A DNA stretch of 64,000 nt from Camelus ferus (lineage: Eukaryota), in contig NC_045696.1 of assembly GCF_009834535.1 (NCBI RefSeq), positions 29,948,001 to 30,012,000 on the forward strand, in the 5' to 3' direction. Positions 38,220-51,087 of the stretch are shown piece by piece. The number at the start of each line of letters is the position of its first letter. The stretch's first letter is position 1. Under the pieces are notes generated by a model. The model ran no database searches. It was not told the origin of the DNA and saw only the letters and a list, made by a program, of their open reading frames with translations. Made by a program: the position numbers and the translations under genes.

Positions 38220-39446
38220 TGGTTGGGGGTGTGGCCGGAGCTGTGGTGGCCAGAGCCTGCCCCGGCTATTGAGCGGGGCCTCCTTTTGGGTCTGTGGTTG
38301 TAGTGGCTCCTGCCCTCACCCTTCTGCGCGAACACTGCTTGCTGGTTCCAGAGCTCTCCAGTCACGCCCCCGTCAGTGCTGCTTGCAGTGCAGGTGGGTG
38401 GGCGGGTCGCGTCTCCTCACAAAGCCGCATCCAGGCGCCTCGCTCCTGCAGGGTCGGCTGGCGGGTCGCGCCCCCTCCTGACGGTGCGTCGCCTAGCCGT
38501 CCTCGTCCCCGGTGGGTGGGCGGGTCGCTCCCCAGTTCAGTGCCACTCCCTGCGCCATGTAGGGGCCGGACTCGGTAGGCAGCTTGGAGAAAACGGCCGC
38601 ACCAGCCCTGCCCCTGCTCTGTGCGGGAACTCCGCTCCTTGCTCGTTTGTCTTGGAGGCGCGAGTTCACAGAGGCCCGGGGCAAAAACCGTTCCCCTCTG
38701 CCTGGGGCTGTGAACAAGTCTCAGTCCCCTCTGAGAGGTTGCGGAGCCCCCAGGTAAGGATTCAGGTTTCTACCCCACCTCAGCCTGCACAGGAGCCGCG
38801 CACAGGAGCATGTGGCGGCTGTGGCTGCGCCCCGCCTCACTTCTCCTGAGAACACACCAGCAATGGCGCCCGGGGCTGAGGAGACAGAGGCTACGGCGCC
38901 CCTCCCCCCGGGGCAGCCAGCAGTGTTGCTTTGCTTTTTTTCTTATGGGGACCCAGGCTGTTCTGTAAACCCTCCCGGGCACGGCACACGGCGCACAGCA
39001 CACTGCAGTCTCCCAGGTTGCCTTGGGCAGCCTGCTCTGCCCCTCACCTGCCGGTTCGCGTCTAGGGCTGGGGGTCGCAGGGGCCCTTTGTGCCCGCTTA
39101 TCTTAGTTCTGTCAGTCAAGGGCTGCTCCTCATAGATCCGAGCCTCAGAGGCTCCCCCTCTGTCCCGCTGACCTCTCCGTTGAGAGGGGGAGACCCAGCC
39201 AACGACCGCTGTCCCTCCTTTGCCACTCTGTCCCCGCAGGAATGGTCCCGCACTATTTTCCTTTTTCTTCCTACTTTTTCCTATCGAATTTGTGGCAAAT
39301 TTTGTCTTTTGAAGAAGGTGATGTTCTGTCAAAGTTCAGCAGGTGTTCTGATTGGCTGGGTGGGTCTGTGGATGCTAGTCTTGATGTATTTGTGGGAGAG
39401 GGTGAGCTACGATTGTCCTGCTCTTCCATCTTGGCCCTTTATACCC
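38220..39446 (-). promoter_or_regulatory. CpG-rich L1 5' UTR internal promoter
   Basis: The only strongly GC/CpG-rich segment in the window. YY1-like 'caagatgg' lies at the 5' end, with the next base A instead of C. Confidence 0.8.
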
Positions 39447-41530
39447 TAGGTGACTTTAAATAAGGAAGATTATCATAGCCTGGGTAGGCCTGATGCAATC
39501 AGGTCCTAAGAGCAGAACTGAGACTTCCCTGAAGAAGAAGAAATTCTGCCGGTGGGCAACTGCTTTTGCTTCTGCTTGAGAGTTTCCACCTGTCCTTCCT
39601 GAGAACCTGCCCTCCAGATTTCAGAGTTGCCTCACCAGCGACCACAATCATGTAAGTCAATTCCTTTTAACAAGTTTCTTAATATGTAGCATCTGCTGGC
39701 TTTGTTTCACTGGTTGAACCCTGACTGATGAGGGAAAAGGGAGTTGGGGTGATAAAGATGTAATACATTGTCTACCTGTGAAAAAAATGTTTGCATCTTA
39801 AATGCCTTCAAGCAGCCTTTGGGTGTTGGCCCCACAGGTTAGGTTTTGCACGATTCTCTCTGGGGCCATTCACATATGCTGTAAATGCCACTTCTTGGGG
39901 ATTTTCAGTGTGACTGCCTTGAATTCAGTGCTTTTCATGAAGTGGTGACAGTGGAGGAATTTGAATCACTAAAAACGTCAGCTCTCTTGGGCTCTAGACA
40001 TTTGATGCTGGTTGAATGCTCCCCGACCTATGCATAAAAGTAGCCCTACGGTCACCCTGGTTTCCCTAGGAAAGAATACACTTGGATCTGCTTGTTGGAA
40101 AAACTGCAGCGGATAGAGGATGGACTTTGCTCATAAAGAATTGCTGTCATTGAGGTTACGTAGTTGTGTTTTAAAAAGCATGATATCTTTCAGATAGAGG
40201 CCCTAGAGTATGGGAAAAGATTGGGTACTGGAAATTGGATTTCTGGCACTGGAAAATAGTCTAAGTGAGGCGGTACTGAAGGATTGGTGGTCTAATCACA
40301 AATCTAACCATTGCCAAGGAGGCTTAAGCTTTCCAGAGCCTCTGAGGGTTTCCTTTGAGCCGAAGGACTACACTTACTGAGGAGAATGAGACTGTTTACC
40401 CAGTAATTTTCTTGCATTTGAAACTTTTTCTTTCCTTACATTTTCTTCCTGGTTTTGTAGTTTCACTTAAATGATTCAGCAAGGAACTCACAATCTGGAG
40501 AAATTATTCTGATAAAAAATGGGATCAACTGGCTTGTTACATAGTTTCTCTATCTTTGTCAGCTCTTCAAAGTTTTAGTTAAGATGCTTAAATAATACGT
40601 CAGAGTACCCTAGAACATAATCTGAAAGCCCTGAACTAGCCAAAATGGTTTTAGAAAAAGATCCAGCTTTTAAATTCTATCCAACAACTGTCAGGACTGC
40701 AGTGTCAGATCACCCAGCACCACATGTGTGACCCCATGGTATGCTGTCTTTTTAAAAAGCCTGCTCTGTTTTGCTATCCCTAGTCCTTTTCTCCATCTGC
40801 CTGCTGACCCATGTGGCTGTTTTAACATCCACCTCAGTGGAAGCCTCATACCTGCCTGGCCAGCAGAAAGTAACACGATGACAGCAGTTTCTGTGGGACT
40901 GCAGAGGAGGGGCTGGGAAACCTTGGATGCCCTGTCTTTTTCTGGACAGCTAAAATGAAGATAGAGGACAGCTCCGGGAAAAGTCATGCCCTGGAATTTT
41001 CAATTGATGCACAGCGGTTTAGAGAGTGGGTGAATAGATGGGCAATCTATTTCAGGGCAGTTTCCCTTCTGGAAGAAGGGGCAATTTGTTTTAGGGTCAC
41101 ATGCTGGGTAGCTATCTGCATAAGAAACTCAAATCGTTTCTGAGCACAAGCAAGTCACCACAGATTCTTGTGACCATTTTCTCAGGAAGGTGAGTTTGTA
41201 ATGAATCAGTCTGTCAACACACTGATCGAGATTGCGTTCACCCCAGTAGTCACCCGAAAGTGTGTTCTGGGGGGTAATTGCTTCCTTTAAGTGCATCCAA
41301 GGTTATTTACAGGATAATTTTCACCTGAATTTCTTCCACATTTCCTGAGATGACATTTAACTAGTATAATTTCTTCAAATGATCATGTAGACAGTTATGT
41401 TCAGAGAACCCAATGCCTGTTTACTGAATTATCTCCTAAAGCAAAATAACATTTTAAAAGAAATGCAGCCAAAATTTTAGTTTTATCTTCCCCTCACCCC
41501 CGGGAAAATGGCTGTTGCTTCACATTAAAT

Positions 41531-41550
41531 AGAGAGAGAGAGAGAGAGAG
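41531..41550. repeat. (AG)10 microsatellite
   Basis: Seen directly. Confidence 0.95.
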
Positions 41551-41919
41551 AATTTTTCTAACTAAAAAAGGAAATCATCTTTTTGAAAATTGACTTAGGC
41601 TCAGTGGACTCTACTTATTCAGTTTATAAGACTGCCAAAAAAAATACAGAACACATTTTGGGGAGTATCACTGATAGAATTAAAATGCATTGAAAGTTTT
41701 GGAAAATACTTAAATAGCCACATAATTTACCTGATGTACATGTCCAAGCTAAGTTGTATTAAAGTCAGTGGATGTTCCCTCCAAACATACATGTGGCTGC
41801 CAAATTTTATTTTGAGATCTTAAATTTATTAGAACTCCAAATTAATTCACATTAACAGTCTCACATGTGGTACAAAGTTTGTCTTAAAGTTCTGTGAACC
41901 GAAATTTAGCTTTAAAATT

Positions 41920-42600
41920 TTACCCAGTCGCGTGCTTGTGGTAAGATGAAAGCCGTGTTCCGTGACAGCCTCTGTGGCATTGTGTCCCCAGTGCCCTGCC
42001 TCTGACAATTCAGCTTGCTGGCGCCTGCGCCTCTGTCGGTAATTCAGGAAATCTGTCTGATGGGAAACCTTAGGAGGCCCAACTGCAGGTTAACTGATCA
42101 GAAAACGCTTACAGATCTTGCCAAGGCTGGCAATGATCTTTTGAAATGCTCATTCTGTCCAAACAGAAATTGTCATAATGACAAAGAAGACAATTCGGCC
42201 ATCTCCCTGTCTTGAAAAGTTTATTTGTTCACTAATGACCCTGAAGACCATTCCTGAAAAAATGGAGCTGGTCAGAGGCGATCAAGGGCACCTCATTATT
42301 TGGGGGAGAATTCAGACTTTAAGGCAGCTGACTACTCTGTTCAATAATAGCGATCTCTTTAATCACAGTTAGGTCGATAGTGAAATATTTACTGCGGATT
42401 CTTCCAGAATGATTTGAAGCCAGCTCTTTGGAGAGCATTGATAATCTCAGGGTAATCTGAGGCATCCTTATGTGAGGTGTCAGTGTGCCGCGCTGAACAA
42501 TGCCTCAGATAGGCACCTGTGGATCATAAATAATAAAAAGCTGTTTTGAAGGTTTCAGAGCCCCATCGTAAAATTACCTCTAACTAAAAATAAGATAGAG
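41920..42600. promoter_or_regulatory. Candidate conserved non-coding element / enhancer
   Basis: No recognisable repeat, about 16 CpGs counted by eye, and SOX, posterior-HOX/CDX, TALE and E-box motifs. Conservation is inferred, not shown. Confidence 0.5.
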
Positions 42601-44749
42601 CAGCTCTCAGCTGGGGGAAGAAAAAGGTGAGAGTTTAGAATATCAGCAGTGAAGAGCAGAACGTGGTAAAAGCCCAATTATATCAAATTTGAAGGACGTT
42701 TAAAACACTTTTTTTTGGTGTAGGTTTTGTTTTTATTTTTTTAATTATGGTGTGTGCTATGACTTTTGCTCCGTCTTTTGTTAGCTAACCTTTATTGTGT
42801 TCCCACCCATCCCATATTACTAAATGTGCTTCAGTTCTTTTGGGACAGAGATTATGGGCTTTTCTATCTTTAGTTGATCTCATCCAGTGAATTTATTAAC
42901 AAATTAGATTTATAGAAAGATGTATCGCTAAAAACAAGTGATAGGTCAGTTTTGAGTAAAATTCTATTTAAATTATTGATGTGTATCATCTGAAAACAAG
43001 CTTAATAGCCTCTTATGAAGCATATATGAGCGAAAAGACGAAAACAGTCACTCACAGAGATTGTCTAGCAGCACTTCACAGACAATTGCACAAATTATCC
43101 AAAAGCAACCATGACATGTGCTCCATTCCATTTATAATGTGACATAGATGCTATGGCCCACTGCCTACAGGGCCATATCTCAATTATTTTAACTAGAAAA
43201 CTTTAACAAATGCACTCAATTAGAGCACAGTTTTAATCGGTTGCAACCTAGGCAAGGCAATGTTACTGTTTAAAGAAGCAAAAACCTTCTTTCACACAAT
43301 TATGAGACTTGAAAAGATCACATGCATGGGATGAAGCTGTAATTCTAAACACTAAAGGTGCTTCTGCAGAAATATTTAGTGGCATACCTGCCTTAAACAG
43401 CATATAATTGTGAAGAAAAAATACTTCCGTGTCCTGTGATATGTTATTAACGGGCCGTTTAGAAATAGCTTTCTAGTAAGTTTATAAATGTCATCTTTAA
43501 AACTCAAGATTCTTGACTGTGACATATGATCGTACAGAATTATTTTGTTTTATATGTCCCTAATCAGTAATATAAGTGTTTCATAACTGGTAGGGCATCA
43601 AGATATAAAATAAGTATCTCATGGAATCTCAAGAAATGAATTTATGGCTTTGAATTAATTAAAAAAAGAAAACGTATAGGTGGTAATATTGGTATGGTCA
43701 CATAAATCTAAAGTCATTTCTTCTATTTACAATAAAACGTTGAAAATACCTACCAGATGTTTAAAGATCTGCATGTCGTATTATTAACTGAATTAATTCA
43801 GTGAGTCATATGGAGAATATGTTAAAAGTCTACAGACTACAACAAGAATCCTCCAGGTATTCGGTTCAAGGTATCAGTCAGTTTTTTAGAAGGAAGCTAA
43901 TGACACTTTTATAGTTTAATTGTCCTTCTTGATTGGCTTCTCATTTGTAATACACACATCAAAAAAGTATGAGGGTCAGAGTCACATGATGCTACATCAA
44001 GATATGTGTGAATGTGTGCGTGTGTACATAATCACCTGTGTGTATATATAATTAGTATTCACCATCAGACTCATATTTAATACCTGCCATGCCCCGATGC
44101 AGGGACCTGATTGTTTACGGCCAATTAGACTGGTGTCTGCTGTGATGTAATTACCCTAATAGATGTCAAATATTTTTAGTATAATTCTGTGTAAAACCAG
44201 ATGATCAAATGTTGATAAGCAGCAATGCTTGGTCTAACACTCTAATACATTTTACCATCCATGTAAAATTTCATTGCTGACCCAAGTAATGAAGATTTGG
44301 GTTTATAAAAGCACTAGATAAAATAGGGGGGTCATTTAGCTTAGTGAAAAGAACGCTTAGAGTTGAAAACATTTAATGTTCAAAGTATGATAAATAGAAA
44401 CTGGGTGTATACACATACGATAGGTCAAAAAAGAAATCAGTATAATGCAAGTAGAAGTGAGGAGCTGTATAACACACCCTTGCTGAACCTGGGGTTGCTT
44501 TCAATGTGAAAAGTTCTGTGCTTGGCATTTTGAACTGTGGCTTTTACCAATGTCTCTGAGAAAATACAGGTCAAATTTGAAAAACCTCTCTTTTTAAAGT
44601 TTTTGAACTGGACATACATAGCTTGAAATTAAGTATCTTTAACCTTTGCATTCTCCTTTGTTTAGTTTTCACAAGAAATAAACTGTTTAAATAATGCCTA
44701 GTTAAAATGAAAAACCCTACCTATTTTTTCCCCCTCAGGGCCTAGGCAT

Positions 44750-44863
44750 TTCTGTCTGTCAATCGGTCTATTTATCCATCATCTGTTTAGCCATCTATCT
44801 ATGTAGCCAGCCAGCCAGCCAGACAGCTATCTATCTGTCTGTCTGTCTATCTATTTATCTATC
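44750..44863. repeat. Compound tetranucleotide repeat (TCTG/TCTA/TCCA/GCCA)
   Basis: Seen directly. Confidence 0.85.
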
Positions 44864-47800
44864 AAATGAGAATAAATTGATCTCTGGCACGAGTCCCTGC
44901 TTTGTCCAAATATGAATCACTGATTGCTGTAATATTTTGGTACTTGAAAGACTTGTATTGAACCCAGAATTATTTAAAAAACGATCAAATATTTAAATGT
45001 TCAACATACAAGTATAAGATGGTTGCTTTTTAAACCATAGCTGTTGAAGGTTAAGTGTAACTCAACTCAACCCCATCTTTATTTTTTTTGTTATTTAAAC
45101 TACAAATTAATGAGGCAAAGAAGGAAAGGTAATGGTTTAACTGCTTCTGCTGCACACCATGCAGAACTTTAGGTAAAATTAGTTCCTCTTTCTTACATTC
45201 TTCGACAGTTTCATGTTCTTAAATAGTTGCTCACTATCTTCCTAAATTTACCATTCTGGTACCATCTTGAAAAATATAAGGAAAAAACACACTGATGGAA
45301 AGTAATTTTATTGTGGGTGGCTAAATGCTGACTCTGTACTGGAAGATCTTTACTCCCTGTCTTAGCTTTTTGATTACAGGCTCCTAGCATTTTACAATAG
45401 ATTTTATGATTTGGAGTCCAACTATTAATCTAATATATACTAATTTGTTACTGGATTACAGATATTGAAAGGCTAATTTTATTAAAGTTTGTTAAATTAT
45501 GTGGCAGATTAAAATTTCCATATCTTTGTAATTATTCATTAAGATGTTTTGTAAAATTATTTTGCTGATGTGGGCATATATAGGAAAAGTGGTGTATTTT
45601 ATTCAATGTGCCAAACGAGTTGCTAAGAAATTTACCCCAACCCTCTTCCTCTCTGAACATAATCTGGGGAAACTTTTTCTCCTTTATAGTTATTTCAACA
45701 CAATGCAGTAAGTTTCTAGATTGACACTGAACATTAGAAAATCAAAAAGAAGATGGTGAAGTTTCACAGTCAGTATTTGATTTGATATTCCTTTAAATTT
45801 AAATCATGACCTAGCTGAATCCCTAAAAGAGGCTTGGTTTTTAAAATCCCAGGTTACATTCCACTGAGCTGCTCTGTGCACTGACTTCAGAAGTATCTGG
45901 GAACACAGAGGCAGGTGCAGACAGGGCTTAGAGTTTGAGGTAGAGGCTGGGATCAAATTTTTCCTAGGCTCTTCTGTGAGCAATGGGAAACAGTGTTTCC
46001 ATAGTAATTAAAATCTTCCACCTGTGGAAAGGGAACATAATGAGTTGTCATTTCTACTCACTTTGCGGAATTTCTCTAATCATCTACTTTCTTAGTGAGA
46101 AAATCTGGCCCTCTGATTTTGAATAGAAGATGGGATGTCAGTTTATGTGCCAACAATAGGTCTCCAAACCTGTATCTTCTTTAAATAGCCAATTTAGACT
46201 ACTGTGTAACACATTTGAATTAAATTCAGCATTAGAAGTATGAAAGACTAAAGAAATCAACTCTAATGATTTTAAAAGTAATCATACACATAAACATCAA
46301 CCATCTTTCTCTCCTTTCAGAAATGACTGCTTTATTTGTCCCCCTTTCTGTCCTGTTTTCTCCAGAGACTGCTCTAAAATTACATTTTTATGTAAAGCTC
46401 ACAGCACACTTTAATTTATAAGAGCCATGCATAGATTTCATATATTCACAATTGTGTAAAATTTTCTCTGTAAAGCCCTTTGGTGTCTAAAATTTGGAGC
46501 TCAGGGAAGTTAAAATATCACCCATCAGAATTATTGGGGATATAGAGGAGGCTGTGAGGGATTAATCTCCATTGCTAGGACCACACTACCAATAATCCTA
46601 TACCTGGACAGACTTAAATTGAATTTTAGCCATCTGTGTACATGCTCAGCTCTGAGAGGAAGTTTTGTGTTTTTGGTTTCTTTTTTTTTTAACCACATGG
46701 GGGATGTAGGCAGAGACAGTGACTGAAATGGAATCCATTGCATCAAATAGCTTGTGTGCTGATTGAATTTAAAATTGAACTTTCTCATTCCCTGATTTTT
46801 GCTTCAGAGATGTGCAAAGGGGGAGGCAGGTGTCTTGTAAATAAAAAATGTGAATCAGCTACAAAACATGGAATGGGGGGAATAAAGAGCTTCACTGTTC
46901 ATTTAAAAAACAAAACAGAAGAAGAAGAGTAGGAGTCTGTGTAACATAAACAGTCTTGGCAGTTTCCAGAAATCAGCTTTTGCACAACAAACTTAAGTAT
47001 CAGGGTGCTTTTCTGGCTCTAGCTTTCACTATATGTTAACAAGAGGGTTGGGATAACTTCATCTGAAAAGCAACACTAGCATATCTAAAAACAATTTTTC
47101 CCTTTATTTACCATGTCTTCTTAACAATACATTTTAAAAAGAAATAGAAATAAAATAACTATTTTCCAAAAGAGTCTGACAAATAAGATAAACTTGTAGT
47201 GTGACAGGGGCAAATGTTTACAATGTGCCCCATCTATTATGTCCCACTAAAATTTTGCATTACAAGTACATCGAATCATTTGAAAACATTTTCGTTAGCT
47301 TTGATTAACTCAAACTATATTATTTTAGAGAGAAAGAGAGAAGGCAGCCGACCTCAGCCTCAGTTGTAAGAGGCATCATTCTGTTGCAATGTAGCATATC
47401 TGAACGTGCTATTTTCAGTATGTATTAGAGTTTCCTTACTTTGGTTTTCCCATCAAAATCATACACTAAAATTCGATATTCTCCTCTCAAATAAAGCAAA
47501 TTCCCTGTTGTCTTGAAGGAAGTTGTTCTTAGCCACCTTGAATTTAAAGAGGAAAACTCCAACAGCCGTCAACAAATAAGAAACACACTGGTTACTTAAA
47601 AACTCTCTCGGGCATTGTCCAAGAGACTCTAGAGACCTGAGGAAATAGAGTATTTTAAGAGAAACAAAAACATACTTCAAAGACAGAGGTATTGAATTTC
47701 TTCCTGAATGTTATTATGTGTAGCCTCTGTTGAAATAGGGAATAAGGATTTTAACAGACTGTATCTTCTTTTCATGGTGGATCTTGGTTGCATAGCCTTC

Positions 47801-49472
47801 AAATGATAAAATCACAGGAACATTGGGCATTCTATTTGAGTTTTTTTAAAAAAATAAGACAGTGAAAAAATCTTAAAGTATAGGGTCGATGGGGAAAAAT
47901 CTTGGCTAGAAACTAAGTTCCCTGTAAGAGTATATGAGGTAGACTCCAGGTACAAAGACAACCAGGCACTGTAGGTTCTGTAATTTGTTTTCCCTGGCTC
48001 GACAACAAATTATTGAGTATATACTATATGCTGTGATGCTGCAGAGGGACATAGACTGAACTGACAAGGGAAAGAGCAAGAAATGATTTGCAAAAGGAAC
48101 CAGGAATTCTAATGATTAACAATAACTGTATCAGAGTGAAGCTAAGCTATTCCCCAGAACTGTTACATAAAAAAGTAACCAAGTATCTTTGATAATAATT
48201 TTATCAGGTCATACAAGCAACATATTCCCTATAGAAAACCAAAAAAAGGAAAAATAGTATATACACAGATAACTACTATAAATGTTTTAGCATATTTCCT
48301 TTCCTTCTCATTTCTGTGTGTTTGCATGAATGAAATAGTGAAAGATTGTTCTCCCCATCCTTTTTTATTGTATTGGCCCACACCACCATTCAGATAGCAG
48401 AGTTAGCTTTACATACCTCCTGCCCTGCATGTGAGCTTATATACAGCCTAAAAATACTATGTTAACTGAAGAGCAAAATGGGATTTTGAAATGTATTACA
48501 ATCTTGAGAACAAAACTTTTGTTGGCAAGGACCAGGCTTTGATGAGACAGAATAGGATTCCTAGGTTCCGTCAAGGCAGAGTCTGAGAGTTTGTAAAGCA
48601 AAGCATAGAGTAATTCCTTTAAGAGCTCTTTCCCTTGAGATATGATGTAAGTACAACTAATTGGCAGAGGACAGGATATTAAAGAGCATAACAATAGAGC
48701 AAATAATGTTGCTGCCTCCTAGCATTAAAAATCTGGATGTGAGTGGTCGAACCATGAGCAGAAGGCTTTCCAGGGTAGAACGGTGCGAGCTGTGAGTTTT
48801 CATATACTACCCAGTATCTAATGCCATATGAGTCATGGCAAGAGCGGGGTCTCTGTAGAAAATCCTGAGCACTCCAGTGTGGTTCAGGGAAAACAGCTGA
48901 AGCTCCCTTAGTCTCAGGTTAGAAAGGGATTAGAAAATGCCAAGGGGTTAGCCAACTAGTAGAGGACTAGAATTGTGATTTGGCAGACTGAAAGAACAAG
49001 GGTTTTGCGTTCAGAAGCTGGGATGAAACTATGGACAGTTTTAGTCAAATGAAAATTATCTCTATGGTATTTTGATACTATCATTTATTTACTGATTCTC
49101 TAGTGTTAGTTTTCTATTGTTTTTCTGTTTTAAGTACTCTACAATAAATACATATTGTATTTATATTTTAGTGTGTCTTATACATATATTTTAGTGTACC
49201 TCACTAATGAATTTATAATAAATTCCTAAAAGGTCAGTTATTGGATCAAGAAATATGGTTATTTTAAAGGTTTTACTCTATATTTTAAATTTCCTTTCAG
49301 AATGAGCATACCAGTTTATTCTCCAAATGACATGGCTTGAGAGTTTCTATTTCCCTTGTCCTAACACAGGACAATGACAGTTAAAATTATTTAGCAATTT
49401 GAAAGGCCAACACATGACAGTTTCTTTGTTTGCTAAAAGATGCTAAAGCCAATAAAGTCACTGATTATAGAG

Positions 49473-49890
49473 TGTTGGGGGAAATCATTGAGAACACGTG
49501 ACTGCTAGTTGACCTTAGAATTGGACCGGGACAATTGGAGACTCCCTACCCTCTCCCTTGTCCCTTGGAAGGTGTGTTTCTCTTGCCTCTCTATTCCCAG
49601 AAGCTGCCCCAAGGATACAGCCTTGAGATAATAACGTGGTTTTTGAGTCTAGATGGTATACACGACTGAATCCAGTGAAGGCTCTACATAACTTCTAAGA
49701 TTTGGTGGGCAGGTGTGGAGACCTGCTCATCGTTGCAACTGCTTCACTTAAAAGTTCCCTTGCTTATTAAACTTGCCACTTGCCACTCTGGAATGATCTA
49801 CTCTTTCTCCCATCTCTCTCTGCCCTCCACAGCTGGGGGGTCTATTTCAGATTAAAACTGGGAAGCTCCCAAGGAGGTGGAAAACCAACA
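49473..49890 (+). mobile_element. ERV-type solo LTR
   Basis: Terminal inverted repeat tgttgg / ccaaca, about 418 bp, with an ATTAAA poly(A)-like signal near 49766 after 'gttcccttgctt'. Confidence 0.7.
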
Positions 49891-50586
49891 AATGTCATAG
49901 ATTTTCTAAAGTTTTCTTCTGGTTCTTGAAGTGAAACAAAATTATCTCCCAGGGAAGCATTTGTTTTGTGTCTCAGATTGGCTCTGTTTATGCGTCTTAA
50001 GTCTGACTCTGTTTGCTCATACTTAAGAGATCAGGGGAGGCCTAGGTTCAGAAATGGCGTTAAGATAAATTGGCTCCAAGACTGCCTGAGTCCCTGTTCA
50101 ACTGTGTCCTATGATGAAAGGAGAAGAGAAAGTTCAGATTTGCTGCAGTCTTAATTTGCCGCACTAAAGGTCTGGTTGCCTGAGGGAAGCAAGGGGGGAG
50201 CTTCCGCTGTATGTGTCTATCTGGAAGGGGTCTTCATTGCTTCTGAATATTTTCTTTTTTATTTTTGTTGCAGCAGATTGAAGTTAGTTAGAGCCTTGTG
50301 CTCCCTGTTCTAATTGGCATTTTGATGATAAAGGGAGAAACTTTAACACATGGACTAAAAGTTCCAGTTGAACCACAAGTCAGTATCCATGTATTACGGC
50401 TTTTCCTTCAGAGGATTTTATGGCTTATCTCCATCAGCAATGTGTGTAAATGTCTATTTAGGTACACCCTTCATATTCCAATGTGCAATATGATGGTCAA
50501 AAATCCAATGCCATTGTTGTATAAATTTGGATTTCATTGAATGAGGGTGGTTAATATCTCATTCTTTTTTCTTTTTTTTTTTTTTC

Positions 50587-51087
50587 GTATTTGTTAACCT
50601 ATTTTAAAGGTGTATAATAACTTACCTCCAAACTTAGCAGCTTAAAACAACAAACATTTATGAGCTCAGATTTTCTGTGGGTAAGGAATTCAGAGGTCAC
50701 TTCATTGGATGGTTCTGGATTAAGAACTCTCAAGATGTTGTAGTCAAGAAGCTGCCTGGGGCTACAGTCTTCTGAAGGTTTGACTGGGCCTGGAGGATCC
50801 ACTCCTAAATGGCTCAACACACATGACTCTTGGCAGGCAACATTCCTTCCTTGGTGGATGTTGGCAGGAGGCCTTAGTGCCTTTCCATGTGGACATCTCC
50901 ATAGACTAGCTTAAGTGTCTTCACGGTACTGAAGTTGACTTGCTCCAGAGCAATTCATTCAAGATAACAAGACAGAAGCTTCAATGTCTTAATGATTTTG
51001 CTTCAGGTGTCACATTCCATCAGTTCCATAATATCCTATGGATAACATAAGTCAACCCTATTCACTGTGGAAGAGGTCCCTGACAGG
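50587..51087 (-). mobile_element. MLT1 solo LTR (truncated)
   Basis: 'ccaaacttagcagcttaaaacaacaaacattta...ctgaaggtttgactgggcctggaggatccactcctaaatggctc'. Confidence 0.88.

Larger units (their letters stand above)
35975..39446 (-). mobile_element. L1 with intact 5' end, ORF1 and poly(A) but most of ORF2 and 3' UTR deleted
   Basis: 5' start gggtataaagggccaagatgg, CpG-rich 5' UTR, ORF1 and endonuclease peptides, 3' terminus with AATAAA and A-tail. TSD tagatgactt (35960-35969) / taggtgactt (39447-39456). Confidence 0.95.
35841..39730 (+). mobile_element. MLT2 LTR split by L1 (parts about 35841-35970 and 39447-39730)
   Basis: 5' part 'tgatgatcagttttatgtgttaccttgagtaggctaca...attttgtagatgtgattaa'. 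3' part 'tgactttaaataaggaagattatc...ccacaatcatgtaagtcaattcc...gaaccctgactga'. Confidence 0.88.

Noticed and set aside
38165..39463. Cluster of overlapping ORFs of 66-157 aa on both strands
   Set aside because: They lie in the GC-rich L1 5' UTR where stops are rare, and show no recognisable protein homology.
48420..49040. Possible ERV/MaLR internal fragment or processed pseudogene
   Set aside because: I could not recognise any protein motif, tail or TSD, so it is left unassigned.
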